A DNA stretch of 64,000 nt from positions 1,509 to 65,508 of the forward strand of contig DAORAI010000005.1 of the NCBI GenBank assembly GCA_035344075.1. Reading direction: 5' to 3'. A model generated the notes under the pieces. It saw only the letters and a program-made list of their open reading frames with translations, was not told the DNA's origin and ran no database searches. The stretch comes from Woeseiaceae bacterium (GTDB lineage Bacteria > Pseudomonadota > Gammaproteobacteria > Steroidobacterales > Woeseiaceae). Of the stretch, positions 36,841-45,869 are shown piece after piece. The position numbers and the translations under genes are program-made. How positions within the stretch are numbered: position 1 is the stretch's first letter; every line of letters starts with the position of its first letter.

Positions 36841-38828
36841 TGCGTAACAACATCGCAAGATGGAAGAGGTGGTCGGTCCTCGCGTTGATTCCGACCGTAT
36901 TGTCTGGCTGCCTGAGCGAAGAGAAAGCATCGGTCGAAGACAATCCTGAAGCGCCGGTCGTGTCGATCAACGCGGTACCCTCGACAGTTGACCCGGGCGA
37001 TACAACGACATTGAGCTGGGACGCCACAGGCGCAGACAGCTGTACTGCATCGGGCGCGTGGAGCGGCAGCCGTACATTGACGGGCACAGAGACATCCGGT
37101 CCCTTGCAATCGAGCAGCCAATTCACGCTGACCTGTACGGGGCCCGGTGGCAGCACGAGTCAAACGGCAGCGGTAACGGTCAGTGGTGGGGCTGCGCAAC
37201 CGACGCTGACGTTTACGGCATCGCCCAGCGTAGTCGCGCAGGGAGCCGCGGCGACACTTCAATGGACCACCACGAACGTCGATAGCTGCACCGCATCGGG
37301 TGACTGGACAGGAAACAAGGGAACGTCTGGGTCGGAGTCGACGGGAAGCCTGAATAGCAACGCGACCTATACGCTCGATTGCGTCGGTCCGGGTGGCACT
37401 ATTGGCAACACGCGAACGGTAACAGTGGCGGCCGGGTCTGCCGGAATTTTCGGCAGTGTTGACAGCAGCCTGGTAAGCAGAACGCTATCGAACAGCGTCT
37501 ACCTGTACGCGGGAGCCGTTACTCCCGACGACTTTGACGGCGATTCGGGTGATCCCTTGCTAAGTGCCACAGTCCGTCAGGACAGCGGAGCCTGTACGTT
37601 CGGCTACGACGCAGGCTCGCTGGCGGCAGGCGAATACACGCTGGCCTTCGTAGCTGGTAGCTCCAATGACGACCCGCAAACTGACGAGGTGATCGACTTT
37701 GTTGGCACGCAGACGGTTACTGTCGGCGCGAGTCCGACAGTTGCGAACTTCGACGCCTCCAATATTATTCGCGTCGGCCCAGGCCGCACTTATCAAACCG
37801 TTGCAGCCGCGGCAAATGCGGCTCAAGACGGTGATGTCGTTGAAATTGACGCCGGCGTTTACGCAGCGGATGTTGCGAGCTGGTTTCAGGACAACCTCAC
37901 GCTTCGCGGCGTCGGCGGGTACGCGCACCTGCGCGCAGATGGCGTCAATGCGCAAGGGAAGGCCATCTGGGTAATCGCGGGCAACGACGTGGTTGTTGAG
38001 AATATCGAGTTCTCCGAGATCTCAGTGCCGGATCAGAATGGCGCTGGAATAAGGCATGACGGGCGGAATCTTGTCGTGTGTAACGGTTACTTCCATGACA
38101 GCGAGGAAGGCATTCTGGGTGGTGCCGGAAACGTGCTCGTGGAGTACTCGGAATTCGACAATAACGGTTTTGGTGATGGCTTCAGCCACAACATGTACAT
38201 ACTTGATGCAGACCGGTTCACATTGCGTCATAGCTATATGCACCATGCCCGCATTGGCCACAACGTCAAAAGCCGAGCTCGCGAAAACTACATCTTGTAC
38301 AACAGGATAATGGACGAGTCGAATGGCACGTCCAGTTATGCTGTCGATATACCGAATGGTGGCTTGAGCTACCTGATTGGCAACCTGATGCAGCAGGGGC
38401 CAAATACGGACAACTCGGTCATCGTCAACTATGGCACCGAAGGCCTGTCGGGCGGCCGTACGCACAACCTGTATCTCGTGAACAATACGCTGGTCGATGA
38501 CTACGGCGGCACGTTCTTGCAGGCCGCTGGCGGTACCGCACTGATAGAACTGATCAACAACCTGTTCGTTGGCGGTGGCAACATTATCAGTGGGCCGCAA
38601 GCAAACATGACGACAAACCTGCAAACAACTGCTCCGGAGTTTGTCGCGATCGATTCTTACAATTACCGCCTTACCGGAAACTCGCCTGCCCGCGATGCAG
38701 GCAGCACACCGGGCACCGGCAACGGCTTTGATCTGCACCCTGAGTTTCAGTACCTGCACAAGAGTGACAGGGAATCGCGCCCGGTGGAGGGCGCAATCGA
38801 TGTCGGCGCGTATGAGTTTACGCCATGA
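36840..38828 (+). CDS. Lipoprotein: 2 two-Cys Ig-like modules + beta-sandwich + right-handed parallel beta-helix (polysaccharide lyase/epimerase-like) domain
   Basis: TGATG overlap with the upstream gene. Lipobox 'VLSGC'. The beta-helix part, 'DGDVVEIDAGVYA...LTLRGVGG...AIWVI.GNDVVVENIEFS...NGAGIRHDG.NL.V..GYFHDSEEGIL...EYSEFDNNGFGDGFSHNMYI...HHARIGHNVKSRA', is paralogous to 45870-46955. Confidence 0.8.
   Translation: MRNNIARWKRWSVLALIPTVLSGCLSEEKASVEDNPEAPVVSINAVPSTVDPGDTTTLSWDATGADSCTASGAWSGSRTLTGTETSGPLQSSSQFTLTCTGPGGSTSQTAAVTVSGGAAQPTLTFTASPSVVAQGAAATLQWTTTNVDSCTASGDWTGNKGTSGSESTGSLNSNATYTLDCVGPGGTIGNTRTVTVAAGSAGIFGSVDSSLVSRTLSNSVYLYAGAVTPDDFDGDSGDPLLSATVRQDSGACTFGYDAGSLAAGEYTLAFVAGSSNDDPQTDEVIDFVGTQTVTVGASPTVANFDASNIIRVGPGRTYQTVAAAANAAQDGDVVEIDAGVYAADVASWFQDNLTLRGVGGYAHLRADGVNAQGKAIWVIAGNDVVVENIEFSEISVPDQNGAGIRHDGRNLVVCNGYFHDSEEGILGGAGNVLVEYSEFDNNGFGDGFSHNMYILDADRFTLRHSYMHHARIGHNVKSRARENYILYNRIMDESNGTSSYAVDIPNGGLSYLIGNLMQQGPNTDNSVIVNYGTEGLSGGRTHNLYLVNNTLVDDYGGTFLQAAGGTALIELINNLFVGGGNIISGPQANMTTNLQTTAPEFVAIDSYNYRLTGNSPARDAGSTPGTGNGFDLHPEFQYLHKSDRESRPVEGAIDVGAYEFTP
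36957..37433 (+). repeat. Coding repeat: two two-Cys Ig-like modules
   Basis: 'TTTLSWDATGADSCTASGAWSGSRTLTGTETSGPLQSSSQFTLTCTGPGG' and 'AATLQWTTTNVDSCTASGDWTGNKGTSGSESTGSLNSNATYTLDCVGPGG'. Confidence 0.8.
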
Positions 38829-40735
38829 AACAAGGCCGTACGCTAAAGTTGAACCAAGAGGTTGACCCAATGAATAGAACAGTCTTTGAACGTCATAAGG
38901 ATATGATGACAGAGAAACCGCCAGGCAACAGCCTGCCGTTGACCGCTTGCCTGCTGCTGGCCGGTATCTTTTCCGCGGCGGTTGCCAACGCCCAGGGCAA
39001 TGAAACCAGTCCGTTTATCGACAGTATCGCTGTTGGGTCAGCCTGGCAGAATGTCACGGCGAATGAGGGCAATAACCTCAGAATCGACTATCAGACCGTA
39101 GCGTATTCGGGTGGTGGCACCAAGAATGGCCGGACTGTCGTCTTCGGCGGCGGACATAACAATGGTTTGAATGACGCCGTCGCGTTTCTTGATTGGCGCA
39201 ATTTCGAGACCGTCGGCTGGACAGAAGAGTTGGTATCGACGGCCGACCATATCGGTGTCGCCGATAATGACTGGGGCCAAATCGGCCAGTATCTGAACGC
39301 AAACTACAATGGCGCGACCCCGGGAGGAATCTCCGACGATCGTGGCCTGGTGGCGTTGTCTCGACACACCTATGATCAGATAGTCGTACGATCGGATCAC
39401 TTCTATATTTTCTCCGGCATCCTGCCGTATGACAATCCCGGGCAACCCAATGAACCCTGGGATCATGTAGAGGGCGATATCTGGCGCTATGACTTCGGCT
39501 CCGGCTGGAGCTTTATTGGCGCGCCGCTGGCAAACCAGTATGGCGGGCATGCGGCAGCGGCTGAAGATACATTGACCGGCAATATCTGGGTGCACGACGG
39601 TGCCGGGCTGCGTCTTTTCAATACGACGTCGGAGACGGTCAGTTCGCCGATCGCGTCTTTGAGTTCGCAAGCGGAGGAGTCGTCTTTGAATTTTAATCCG
39701 GACAAAGGCGCACAGGGCACCTTGTTCGGGTCCGGACGTTTCGCAGGTAGTAGCTGGCACGAGTACGACATTGCAACGGGCCAGCAGCGCAACATGGGTG
39801 CTGTTCCCGGCAATGCTGAAAGCACGTATATCATCTACGTTGACGCCTCATTCGGATCGAATTACGGCACCTATTTCGCGATCGTTCCGCAGAACGGGAC
39901 TCTCCGGCGCTGGAATGGGTCCGGTTGGGATACGGTTGCAACCGGTGGTCCAACAGGTAACGGGCACGTTTACGGCCGCGCCGGGTTTGAACCCGTCCAT
40001 CAGGTGTTCTACTGGATACACAATTCGTACAGTGGCAATAATGCCTGGCAAACACGCGTGGTTCGTCCGTATCCATTCAATGGCAGCGCTGAGCCGCCTC
40101 CGACGGTCGCATTGTCTGCGGACCCGGAGTCCGTGCCAGCACAGGGGACGACCACTTTGACGTGGAGCAGCACGAACGCCAATAGTTGCAATGCGTCCGG
40201 AGACTGGAGCGGCGCCAAACCATTGTCAGGCAGCGCATTTTTCGGGCCATTGAACTCGGACAAGACATATTCACTGGCCTGTAGCGGCAGTGGCGGAACC
40301 TCTTCAGATACGGTGACTGTCACGATTCAGGGTACGCAGCCTGCTCCGACTGTCAGTATTTCGGCCAATCCGTCATCTGTCGATGCAGGTGGATTTGCCG
40401 TTGTGGACTGGACCTCGTCAAACGCCAGCAGTTGCTCGGCATTCGGTGACTGGTCCGGAAACAAGCCGCTGCAGGGCAGCGAGTCGGTTGGCCCACTGTC
40501 GCAGGATTCGACTTTCCGAATGACGTGTTCGGGCACGGGCGGCGATGCAACCAATGCAGCGACCATTACTGTGAATACTCCTGCGCCGCCGCCGCCACCA
40601 CCACCGCCCGTTGACGATAATCCGACGACCGACCCCCAGAACCAAATCGGTGGTGGTTCCTTCGGTTTGCTGTTCTTGCTGATGCTTGCGACCCTGGGGC
40701 TTTTCAGGCAGACGGTGATCGATCGCCGACGATAG
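38825..40735 (+). CDS. Secreted beta-propeller-like domain + 2 two-Cys Ig-like modules + poly-Pro linker + GlyGly-CTERM-like tail
   Basis: ATGA overlap with the upstream gene (internal ATG 38870 is an alternative start). Signal peptide '...LTACLLLAGIFSAAVANA'. 'AYSGGG', 'FGGGHNN' and 'SRHTYDQ' are shared with 30373-31554. The tail is 'GGGSFGLLFLLMLATLGLFRQTVIDRRR'. Confidence 0.8.
   Translation: MKQGRTLKLNQEVDPMNRTVFERHKDMMTEKPPGNSLPLTACLLLAGIFSAAVANAQGNETSPFIDSIAVGSAWQNVTANEGNNLRIDYQTVAYSGGGTKNGRTVVFGGGHNNGLNDAVAFLDWRNFETVGWTEELVSTADHIGVADNDWGQIGQYLNANYNGATPGGISDDRGLVALSRHTYDQIVVRSDHFYIFSGILPYDNPGQPNEPWDHVEGDIWRYDFGSGWSFIGAPLANQYGGHAAAAEDTLTGNIWVHDGAGLRLFNTTSETVSSPIASLSSQAEESSLNFNPDKGAQGTLFGSGRFAGSSWHEYDIATGQQRNMGAVPGNAESTYIIYVDASFGSNYGTYFAIVPQNGTLRRWNGSGWDTVATGGPTGNGHVYGRAGFEPVHQVFYWIHNSYSGNNAWQTRVVRPYPFNGSAEPPPTVALSADPESVPAQGTTTLTWSSTNANSCNASGDWSGAKPLSGSAFFGPLNSDKTYSLACSGSGGTSSDTVTVTIQGTQPAPTVSISANPSSVDAGGFAVVDWTSSNASSCSAFGDWSGNKPLQGSESVGPLSQDSTFRMTCSGTGGDATNAATITVNTPAPPPPPPPPVDDNPTTDPQNQIGGGSFGLLFLLMLATLGLFRQTVIDRRR
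40103..40580 (+). repeat. Coding repeat: two two-Cys Ig-like modules
   Basis: 'TTTLTWSSTNANSCNASGDWSGAKPLSGSAFFGPLNSDKTYSLACSGSGG' and 'FAVVDWTSSNASSCSAFGDWSGNKPLQGSESVGPLSQDSTFRMTCSGTGG'. Confidence 0.8.
40649..40735 (+). other. GlyGly-CTERM-like sorting tail
   Basis: The ggt ggt ggt codons at 40649-40657 are followed by 'SFGLLFLLMLATLGLF' and a terminal 'RRR'. The tail is preceded by a P8 linker. Confidence 0.65.
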
Positions 40736-40800
40736 TCCGAACCCGCAGATGATTCGCGGCGCTGTGATTCTCTTCGAGTCGCAGCGTCGCAAGTATCTGC

Positions 40801-42138
40801 TTAGGGAAGACTGCGTTTCTCATCCTGGGCGAAAACGCCGCCCTCCTGCGGAATGCTTTCGTCAGCCGCGATATTCACCCTCGCACCTGGTTCAGGCTCT
40901 CTTGCGACCTCCTGTTCCGCCCGGAAGCGCATCAGTATGACTATTGCGATCAAGTGATAGTAAAGATCGAAATAGGCCAGCCCGAGAAAAGCGCCCCCGA
41001 CCGCGTAGCCGATAATACTGACCTGGATCATTGACGACAGGTTATGTATCCATCGCAATGACTCTCGATTTTTCGATAGTTTCGCAATTTTTCTGCCATT
41101 TTGCAGTGTTACCAGGCCGAGCAACAGGTATATCGCCAGACCGACAAATCCATGCTCCGCCAACACTTCGAAATAAATGCTGTGGGCGTCATGAAAATCA
41201 TCCGGTACCGGTGCATAGGTTTGAAAGAGCTCCGGAAGAAAGGTATCGAATCCGCCTCCGAAAACCGGGTATTCCTTGGCAAGGTTGATCGCAAACCGCC
41301 AGGCATTAATACGTCCCATGGCCGACGCATCCATCTCGTAGTTTTGAATGGTTGCCATTCGTTCTTCCCATTTTTGAGGGATGAATGCGGCCGCGATTAT
41401 TCCCAGTACAACGAGTACAACGCCGATACGAAATTTGTTCTTGCTCTTCAGGATTAGAGACAGCGCCATGGCCGATCCGGCCAGAAACGCGCCACGTGAA
41501 TATGACCCGATTATCGAAACCGAGACCAACAACATCGAGACAATAAGCCCCATGCGAACCCAGCGGTGTTGTGTTTCCAGCTGCAGGTAGCGCATCAGCG
41601 GTAGTGTCATGACCAGCGCGAAAGCAATTTCGTTGTTGCCTGTGATATGAGTCATCGGCGGGCCCCAGACCAGGTAGTTTCCGCCCGTCACAAGCGTGAA
41701 AAGCCCTCCCTTAACGCCGTAAAACCCAATCGATACAACGATCACCCAGACCAGGTTATTAATTCGGGCATGGGTTTTCATTACCATGATGGTTGCGAGA
41801 ACCATCATCTGAATCTTCAGTGTTCGTTCCAACTCCCAGGCGCTGTGGGAGCTGTCGATTGCCATGAAGGTGGTCATGCACATCCACAGGACCCAGATAA
41901 GCCACAAGGTCGTCAATGCATTGAAGGGGATTTTCTTCGGCTCTTTCGAAAAGAAAAGGCCTAAAATAAGACTCGCAGCGACAATCTGCGAAAACGGGAA
42001 GTTGTAGGCAAACCCCCAGGTAAGCCGGTGTGGATTCATGTATCCGAGCCACGACCACATTAGTACACCAATACTTGGGCGCATCAGAATGAATGGCACG
42101 CTGCCAAATACAATAAGTGTTATTAGTAAGTCCCGCAT
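40801..42138 (-). CDS. O-antigen ligase/polymerase-like membrane protein (exosortase-A-associated O-glycosylation ligase type)
   Basis: 445 aa, about 11 TM helices. 'MRDLLITLIVFGSVPFILMRPSIGVLMWSWLGYMNPHRLTWGF' N-terminus and a Wzy_C-like loop 'SYSRGAFLAGSAMAL'. Confidence 0.7.
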   Translation of the reverse strand: MRDLLITLIVFGSVPFILMRPSIGVLMWSWLGYMNPHRLTWGFAYNFPFSQIVAASLILGLFFSKEPKKIPFNALTTLWLIWVLWMCMTTFMAIDSSHSAWELERTLKIQMMVLATIMVMKTHARINNLVWVIVVSIGFYGVKGGLFTLVTGGNYLVWGPPMTHITGNNEIAFALVMTLPLMRYLQLETQHRWVRMGLIVSMLLVSVSIIGSYSRGAFLAGSAMALSLILKSKNKFRIGVVLVVLGIIAAAFIPQKWEERMATIQNYEMDASAMGRINAWRFAINLAKEYPVFGGGFDTFLPELFQTYAPVPDDFHDAHSIYFEVLAEHGFVGLAIYLLLGLVTLQNGRKIAKLSKNRESLRWIHNLSSMIQVSIIGYAVGGAFLGLAYFDLYYHLIAIVILMRFRAEQEVAREPEPGARVNIAADESIPQEGGVFAQDEKRSLP

Positions 42139-42147
42139 TGGCCCTCG

Positions 42148-43083
42148 CTACCGCTTCGCGCGGTATGCTCTTGCAATAAGCTTGAATAATTGCTCATTCT
42201 CCGCCACGGCAACCAGCCTGGTTGCAAAAGCCTCCTGAGAAGTGCGCCCAAGTGTCCAGCTTCGATGGTATTGCTGAACGAGAGTGTACGACATGATTGC
42301 ATCCACAATATCGGCCGGAATTTCGAGCTGGCGAAAGTAGCCGACTGTGTTCGCTGCGATGAAATCGATTGATCGCCGCAATAACCGCGTTTCGCCATTC
42401 TCGAGATTGCAGACATCGAAAACGAGGCTGAACAAATCATAGCCCGGCAACTTGATGTCGCCAAAATCCTCCCAATCCAGAAAATAGATTCGTTGTCCCC
42501 TTGCGAGAATATTATCGAAATAGAGATCGCCATGTTGCGAAATCTCAGGTAGAGGGAACTGCAGAAGTGATTGCGCGTGCTTCGCTGCAAGCTCATTGTA
42601 GTAGTCGGCAACGCTCGCCGGCAATGGAGTATCGTAAAGTCCGGAAAACGGCTTCAGGTAATCATCAGATTTGATTGTCGCAGCGCCAGATTGCGATCGC
42701 AGTGTCGTATGCAGTTCTGCGAGTTGTCGAGTAACGAGTTTCAGCTTTCTTGATTTTGCGCGGTAGCTGCTCAACCTGTTGGCAGCAATAGGCGCTGTGC
42801 AAAGCACGAAAAATTCCCTGGTCTGGTCAAAGAACAGCGGTGCCGCCGCCAGACCAGGACAGACTTTGTGAACGCATTGCAGGTTTTCATACTCGCGGGC
42901 AAGCACGGGACGGTTGCGGCTCAGTTTCAGAACGGCAAAGGGTGAGCTTGATGCTGTATCAAATAGAAACAGCAGGATGCTCCCTTCTGTGAGGTCGTAG
43001 TTGTTATAGAGGAGTACTCTGGCCGCTGTCATTCCCAGGTGTTTCTCGGTCAGAATTTCGATTTCACTTGCGAGCCGAGTCAT
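42148..43083 (-). CDS. APH/choline-kinase-fold phosphotransferase
   Basis: 'AVLKLSRN' (beta3 Lys), catalytic loop 'SQHGDLYFDNIL', metal-binding 'YFLDWEDFG'. Confidence 0.7.
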   Translation of the reverse strand: MTRLASEIEILTEKHLGMTAARVLLYNNYDLTEGSILLFLFDTASSSPFAVLKLSRNRPVLAREYENLQCVHKVCPGLAAAPLFFDQTREFFVLCTAPIAANRLSSYRAKSRKLKLVTRQLAELHTTLRSQSGAATIKSDDYLKPFSGLYDTPLPASVADYYNELAAKHAQSLLQFPLPEISQHGDLYFDNILARGQRIYFLDWEDFGDIKLPGYDLFSLVFDVCNLENGETRLLRRSIDFIAANTVGYFRQLEIPADIVDAIMSYTLVQQYHRSWTLGRTSQEAFATRLVAVAENEQLFKLIARAYRAKR

Positions 43084-43159
43084 AGCGAAACCCTGCGCTG
43101 TGTCGCAAATAGCCGATGTTCTTGCAACGAAATCGGTACACGCCTGTTACTGGACCTGA

Positions 43160-43951
43160 TCAGCACTTTACGCCTGTAATCAACAGATGGCTCTCAAGAA
43201 ATCGATCCAGACCGGATCCTGCAATTAGCTTCGCGACCAGATTGCGAAAGCCTGTGCCCTGCGGGTAGGTAAAGTGGTTTCTGTAGTATCGGTAGGCACC
43301 GGCATCGAACGGGACGACGAATCGAGGTTTCGTGCAGTTGGGAAATGCAACGTAACTCCGGGTTTTTGAGAATCCCGCTGCCTGCAACGCTGCCGTGTAC
43401 TGCATCGGCGACAGGAACAGTTCCCTCTGCCGACGATAGGTTTGCAACACGGCAGATAATCTCCCGGAAATGCCTGATTCCTGTTTCGCTCCGGCCTGAT
43501 ATCTTCGGTAGTCCCAACGATTGGAAACACACAGACAGACACAACCGCCGTCAGTCAGGGTACGGTACAGGCTTGCGAACAGGGATTCATAGTAGGTCCG
43601 CGGGTCTTCGTCGGCGCTGTCGTCGCGCCCGCCACCTGTATTCATGATCACCAATTCATAGCTGTTCTTATTGAAAGGCAGTGACGAAACATCTGCATTT
43701 ATCTGCGGAGAGTTTACTTCGGCCGTACGCGCAGTAATTTTGTCTTTTGAAGCTGCAAGCGAGTGGAGATCCACAGACGCCACATCGCCGAACAGCGTGG
43801 CTAGCGCATGCGCGTGTGCTGCATCAGGGGGGCAGACAGAAAGTACACGAGGCCTCTCAAGGTCGGGTAGCAGTAGACGCCAACTGAGGGCATCGAGCAG
43901 TTCGTTAGTTTCAGCTTTCGTATACAGCGCAATTCCCCAGGGTTTAACCAA
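43160..43951 (-). CDS. Hypothetical protein, weak class-I methyltransferase-like fold
   Basis: The pattern 'RVLSVCPPDA...VASVD...LPFNKNSYELVIM...LTDGGCVCL' resembles SAM-methyltransferase motifs I, II and post-I, but the glycine-rich motif I is degenerate. Confidence 0.35.
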   Translation of the reverse strand: MVKPWGIALYTKAETNELLDALSWRLLLPDLERPRVLSVCPPDAAHAHALATLFGDVASVDLHSLAASKDKITARTAEVNSPQINADVSSLPFNKNSYELVIMNTGGGRDDSADEDPRTYYESLFASLYRTLTDGGCVCLCVSNRWDYRRYQAGAKQESGISGRLSAVLQTYRRQRELFLSPMQYTAALQAAGFSKTRSYVAFPNCTKPRFVVPFDAGAYRYYRNHFTYPQGTGFRNLVAKLIAGSGLDRFLESHLLITGVKC

Positions 43952-43953
43952 TT

Positions 43954-45465
43954 CTAACGGATTGCCTTAAGAGCTCGCAGCAACGGGTGAGTCACGGATG
44001 AGATCACACCTTGTATTTCCGCGAATGACTCGTTGAGTAATCTCCATTTCATGGATCGATCAAGTATCAACAAGGTTAGATAGTAGACAACGGCACCTGT
44101 GATGATTGTTATCAGTAACAACCAGCCACCAGCAAGTTCAAATATTGACTGCAGTCGATCTTGAAGTATGGCGATGGTCAGGGACATGACCAGGCAACCG
44201 AGTACACCGGGCAAGACGCTTTCAACATATTGAAGTGCCGAGAAGCCAATACGCCGAGACAACAGGAACATCAAAAGCAGCCAGTTTGCGAATGCAGAAA
44301 AGGTGACAGCGGAGGCGATACCGATGACACCCCAGCGACTCAGCGCCAGCGTTGCGATGGCAAGCAGCATCAGGTGCACGAATTGTCTCTTGATGTCGTC
44401 GACAAGGAAGCTACGTGCATTGATCAGTGACACCGCAACCGGTTCGACTGAATACAGAATTCCCGCCAGGCATAAAATTTGAAGTGGCAGAACCGTTGGC
44501 TCCCATCGAGCACCGTATACAAACGTTATGAACGTCGGTGCCACAACCAATAATCCGGCCAGCAACGGAAAAATCACCATGGTAAGGACGCAGGTTGCCC
44601 GCTTGAAGGACCACCGCAATGCGGCGTCATCATGTTGAATCTTGGAGAAGGCAGGGAAAAGGACACTGCCTACAGAAACCGATAGCCGCGTTACAGGCAA
44701 CATCATCAGATAGTGTGCTCGCGAGTAAAAGCCGAGCGCCTCCATCCCCAGCTTCATACCCGCAAAGAAATAGCTGATATTGCGGGAGATATCAGCAAGC
44801 ACTTCCTTGCCTGCAAATTGCGTGGCTACCCCAAGCAGTTCTCTGCAGGCTGGCATGCTGAACACAAATCTTGGCCGCCATCGCATCGCAAAGGCGAGCT
44901 GCGCGACTGCGATTGCCGAAGCAAGCACTCTGCCGACGACGAGACTCCACACACCGAATCCGAGCACAGCCATAGTTATTGAAATCACACCGAAGCTGAG
45001 CATCTCCAGCCAATTCGAGATCGCAATGGGTTTGAACTCCATCGCTCGTCGCGCCAACACGGTGGGAATTCCACGAAATGCGAGCACCAGCAAGGCCGTC
45101 GAAAGTGCTACAAGGACAGTTCCAACTTTCGGATCATCCATCATTATCGTCAGCAGCGGTGAGATGCCCGCAAGTACGAGCATGGCGAGAACCGCCGTGA
45201 TCAATTGCAATACAAAACCGGTTGAGAGATCCAGATCCGACACATCGGGTTTGCGGACGAGTGCGGAGGCGAAAGAGGAGGCGATCAGGGTGCTACCGAC
45301 CTCAATGAAGATCAGGCAAGCGGCAATCAGACCGAAATCGGCGGGCTCCAGAATTCGTGCCAGCGTTACGCCTATCGCAAAGGATATTGCCTGGCTACCC
45401 AATGTTCCAGAGATCGACCAGAGCGAACCTCGTCTCGTCTTGGATCGAATACTCTCTTCGGTCAC
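43954..45465 (-). CDS. Polysaccharide/oligosaccharide flippase, MOP (Wzx-like) family
   Basis: 503 aa, about 12-14 TM helices. The N-terminus 'GSLWSISGTLGSQAISFAIGVTLARILEPADFGL' is typical of this family. Confidence 0.75.
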   Translation of the reverse strand: MTEESIRSKTRRGSLWSISGTLGSQAISFAIGVTLARILEPADFGLIAACLIFIEVGSTLIASSFASALVRKPDVSDLDLSTGFVLQLITAVLAMLVLAGISPLLTIMMDDPKVGTVLVALSTALLVLAFRGIPTVLARRAMEFKPIAISNWLEMLSFGVISITMAVLGFGVWSLVVGRVLASAIAVAQLAFAMRWRPRFVFSMPACRELLGVATQFAGKEVLADISRNISYFFAGMKLGMEALGFYSRAHYLMMLPVTRLSVSVGSVLFPAFSKIQHDDAALRWSFKRATCVLTMVIFPLLAGLLVVAPTFITFVYGARWEPTVLPLQILCLAGILYSVEPVAVSLINARSFLVDDIKRQFVHLMLLAIATLALSRWGVIGIASAVTFSAFANWLLLMFLLSRRIGFSALQYVESVLPGVLGCLVMSLTIAILQDRLQSIFELAGGWLLLITIITGAVVYYLTLLILDRSMKWRLLNESFAEIQGVISSVTHPLLRALKAIR

Positions 45466-45869
45466 ATCGCCTCACCCAGCATCGGTGCAAAAAAACAATC
45501 GAAATTTCGCCCCTTGCGCAATCCGTGCAATGGGCGATGCATAATCCACGATGTCCCGCACGAGCGCAATATCGTCAGAAATATTGCAGTTGGCGGTCGT
45601 AGTTACACCACGTGGCGGGCGTTAACATAACCTATAATGAGCACATCGCCTGCAGCGCAATGCAAATAGTTTTGTCATGTCCGGGCCCCTGGCAGGTCAG
45701 ACGGAAGTTCATTTTCTGGTCGACGCAACCGGAACCGGGCAATATGTGGCGGGAAATGCCCGGCTGATCGGTTTGCACAGCGGAACCGGCGCAACGATTG
45801 ACTGTCAATGAAGATCATACTAATGAGTTATCCTGACCACTCGCTCCTCGATTATTTGGATCCCCAAGC

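Noticed and set aside
40586-40609. Proline-codon tracts (P8 at 40586-40609, P6 at 63519-63536) as possible slipped-strand phase-variation sites.
   Set aside because: The codons are mixed (ccg/cca/ccc/cct), so there is no homopolymer or perfect short tandem repeat. They are better explained as rigid linkers before the sorting tails.
45717-45745. 'GTCGACGCAACCGGAACCGGGC', resembling the GACGCAAAGCC.CCGG core of a second GEMM-I riboswitch.
   Set aside because: There is no GCAAAC...GNRA first hairpin at the right distance, no matching 3' 'GYTGCC' strand and no P1. The resemblance is limited to about 12 nt.
45761-45777. sigma54-like CGGCTGATCGGTTTGCA upstream of the beta-helix gene.
   Set aside because: The GG-to-GC spacing is one nucleotide too long (11 instead of 10 intervening nt). 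RpoN promoters tolerate almost no spacing change.
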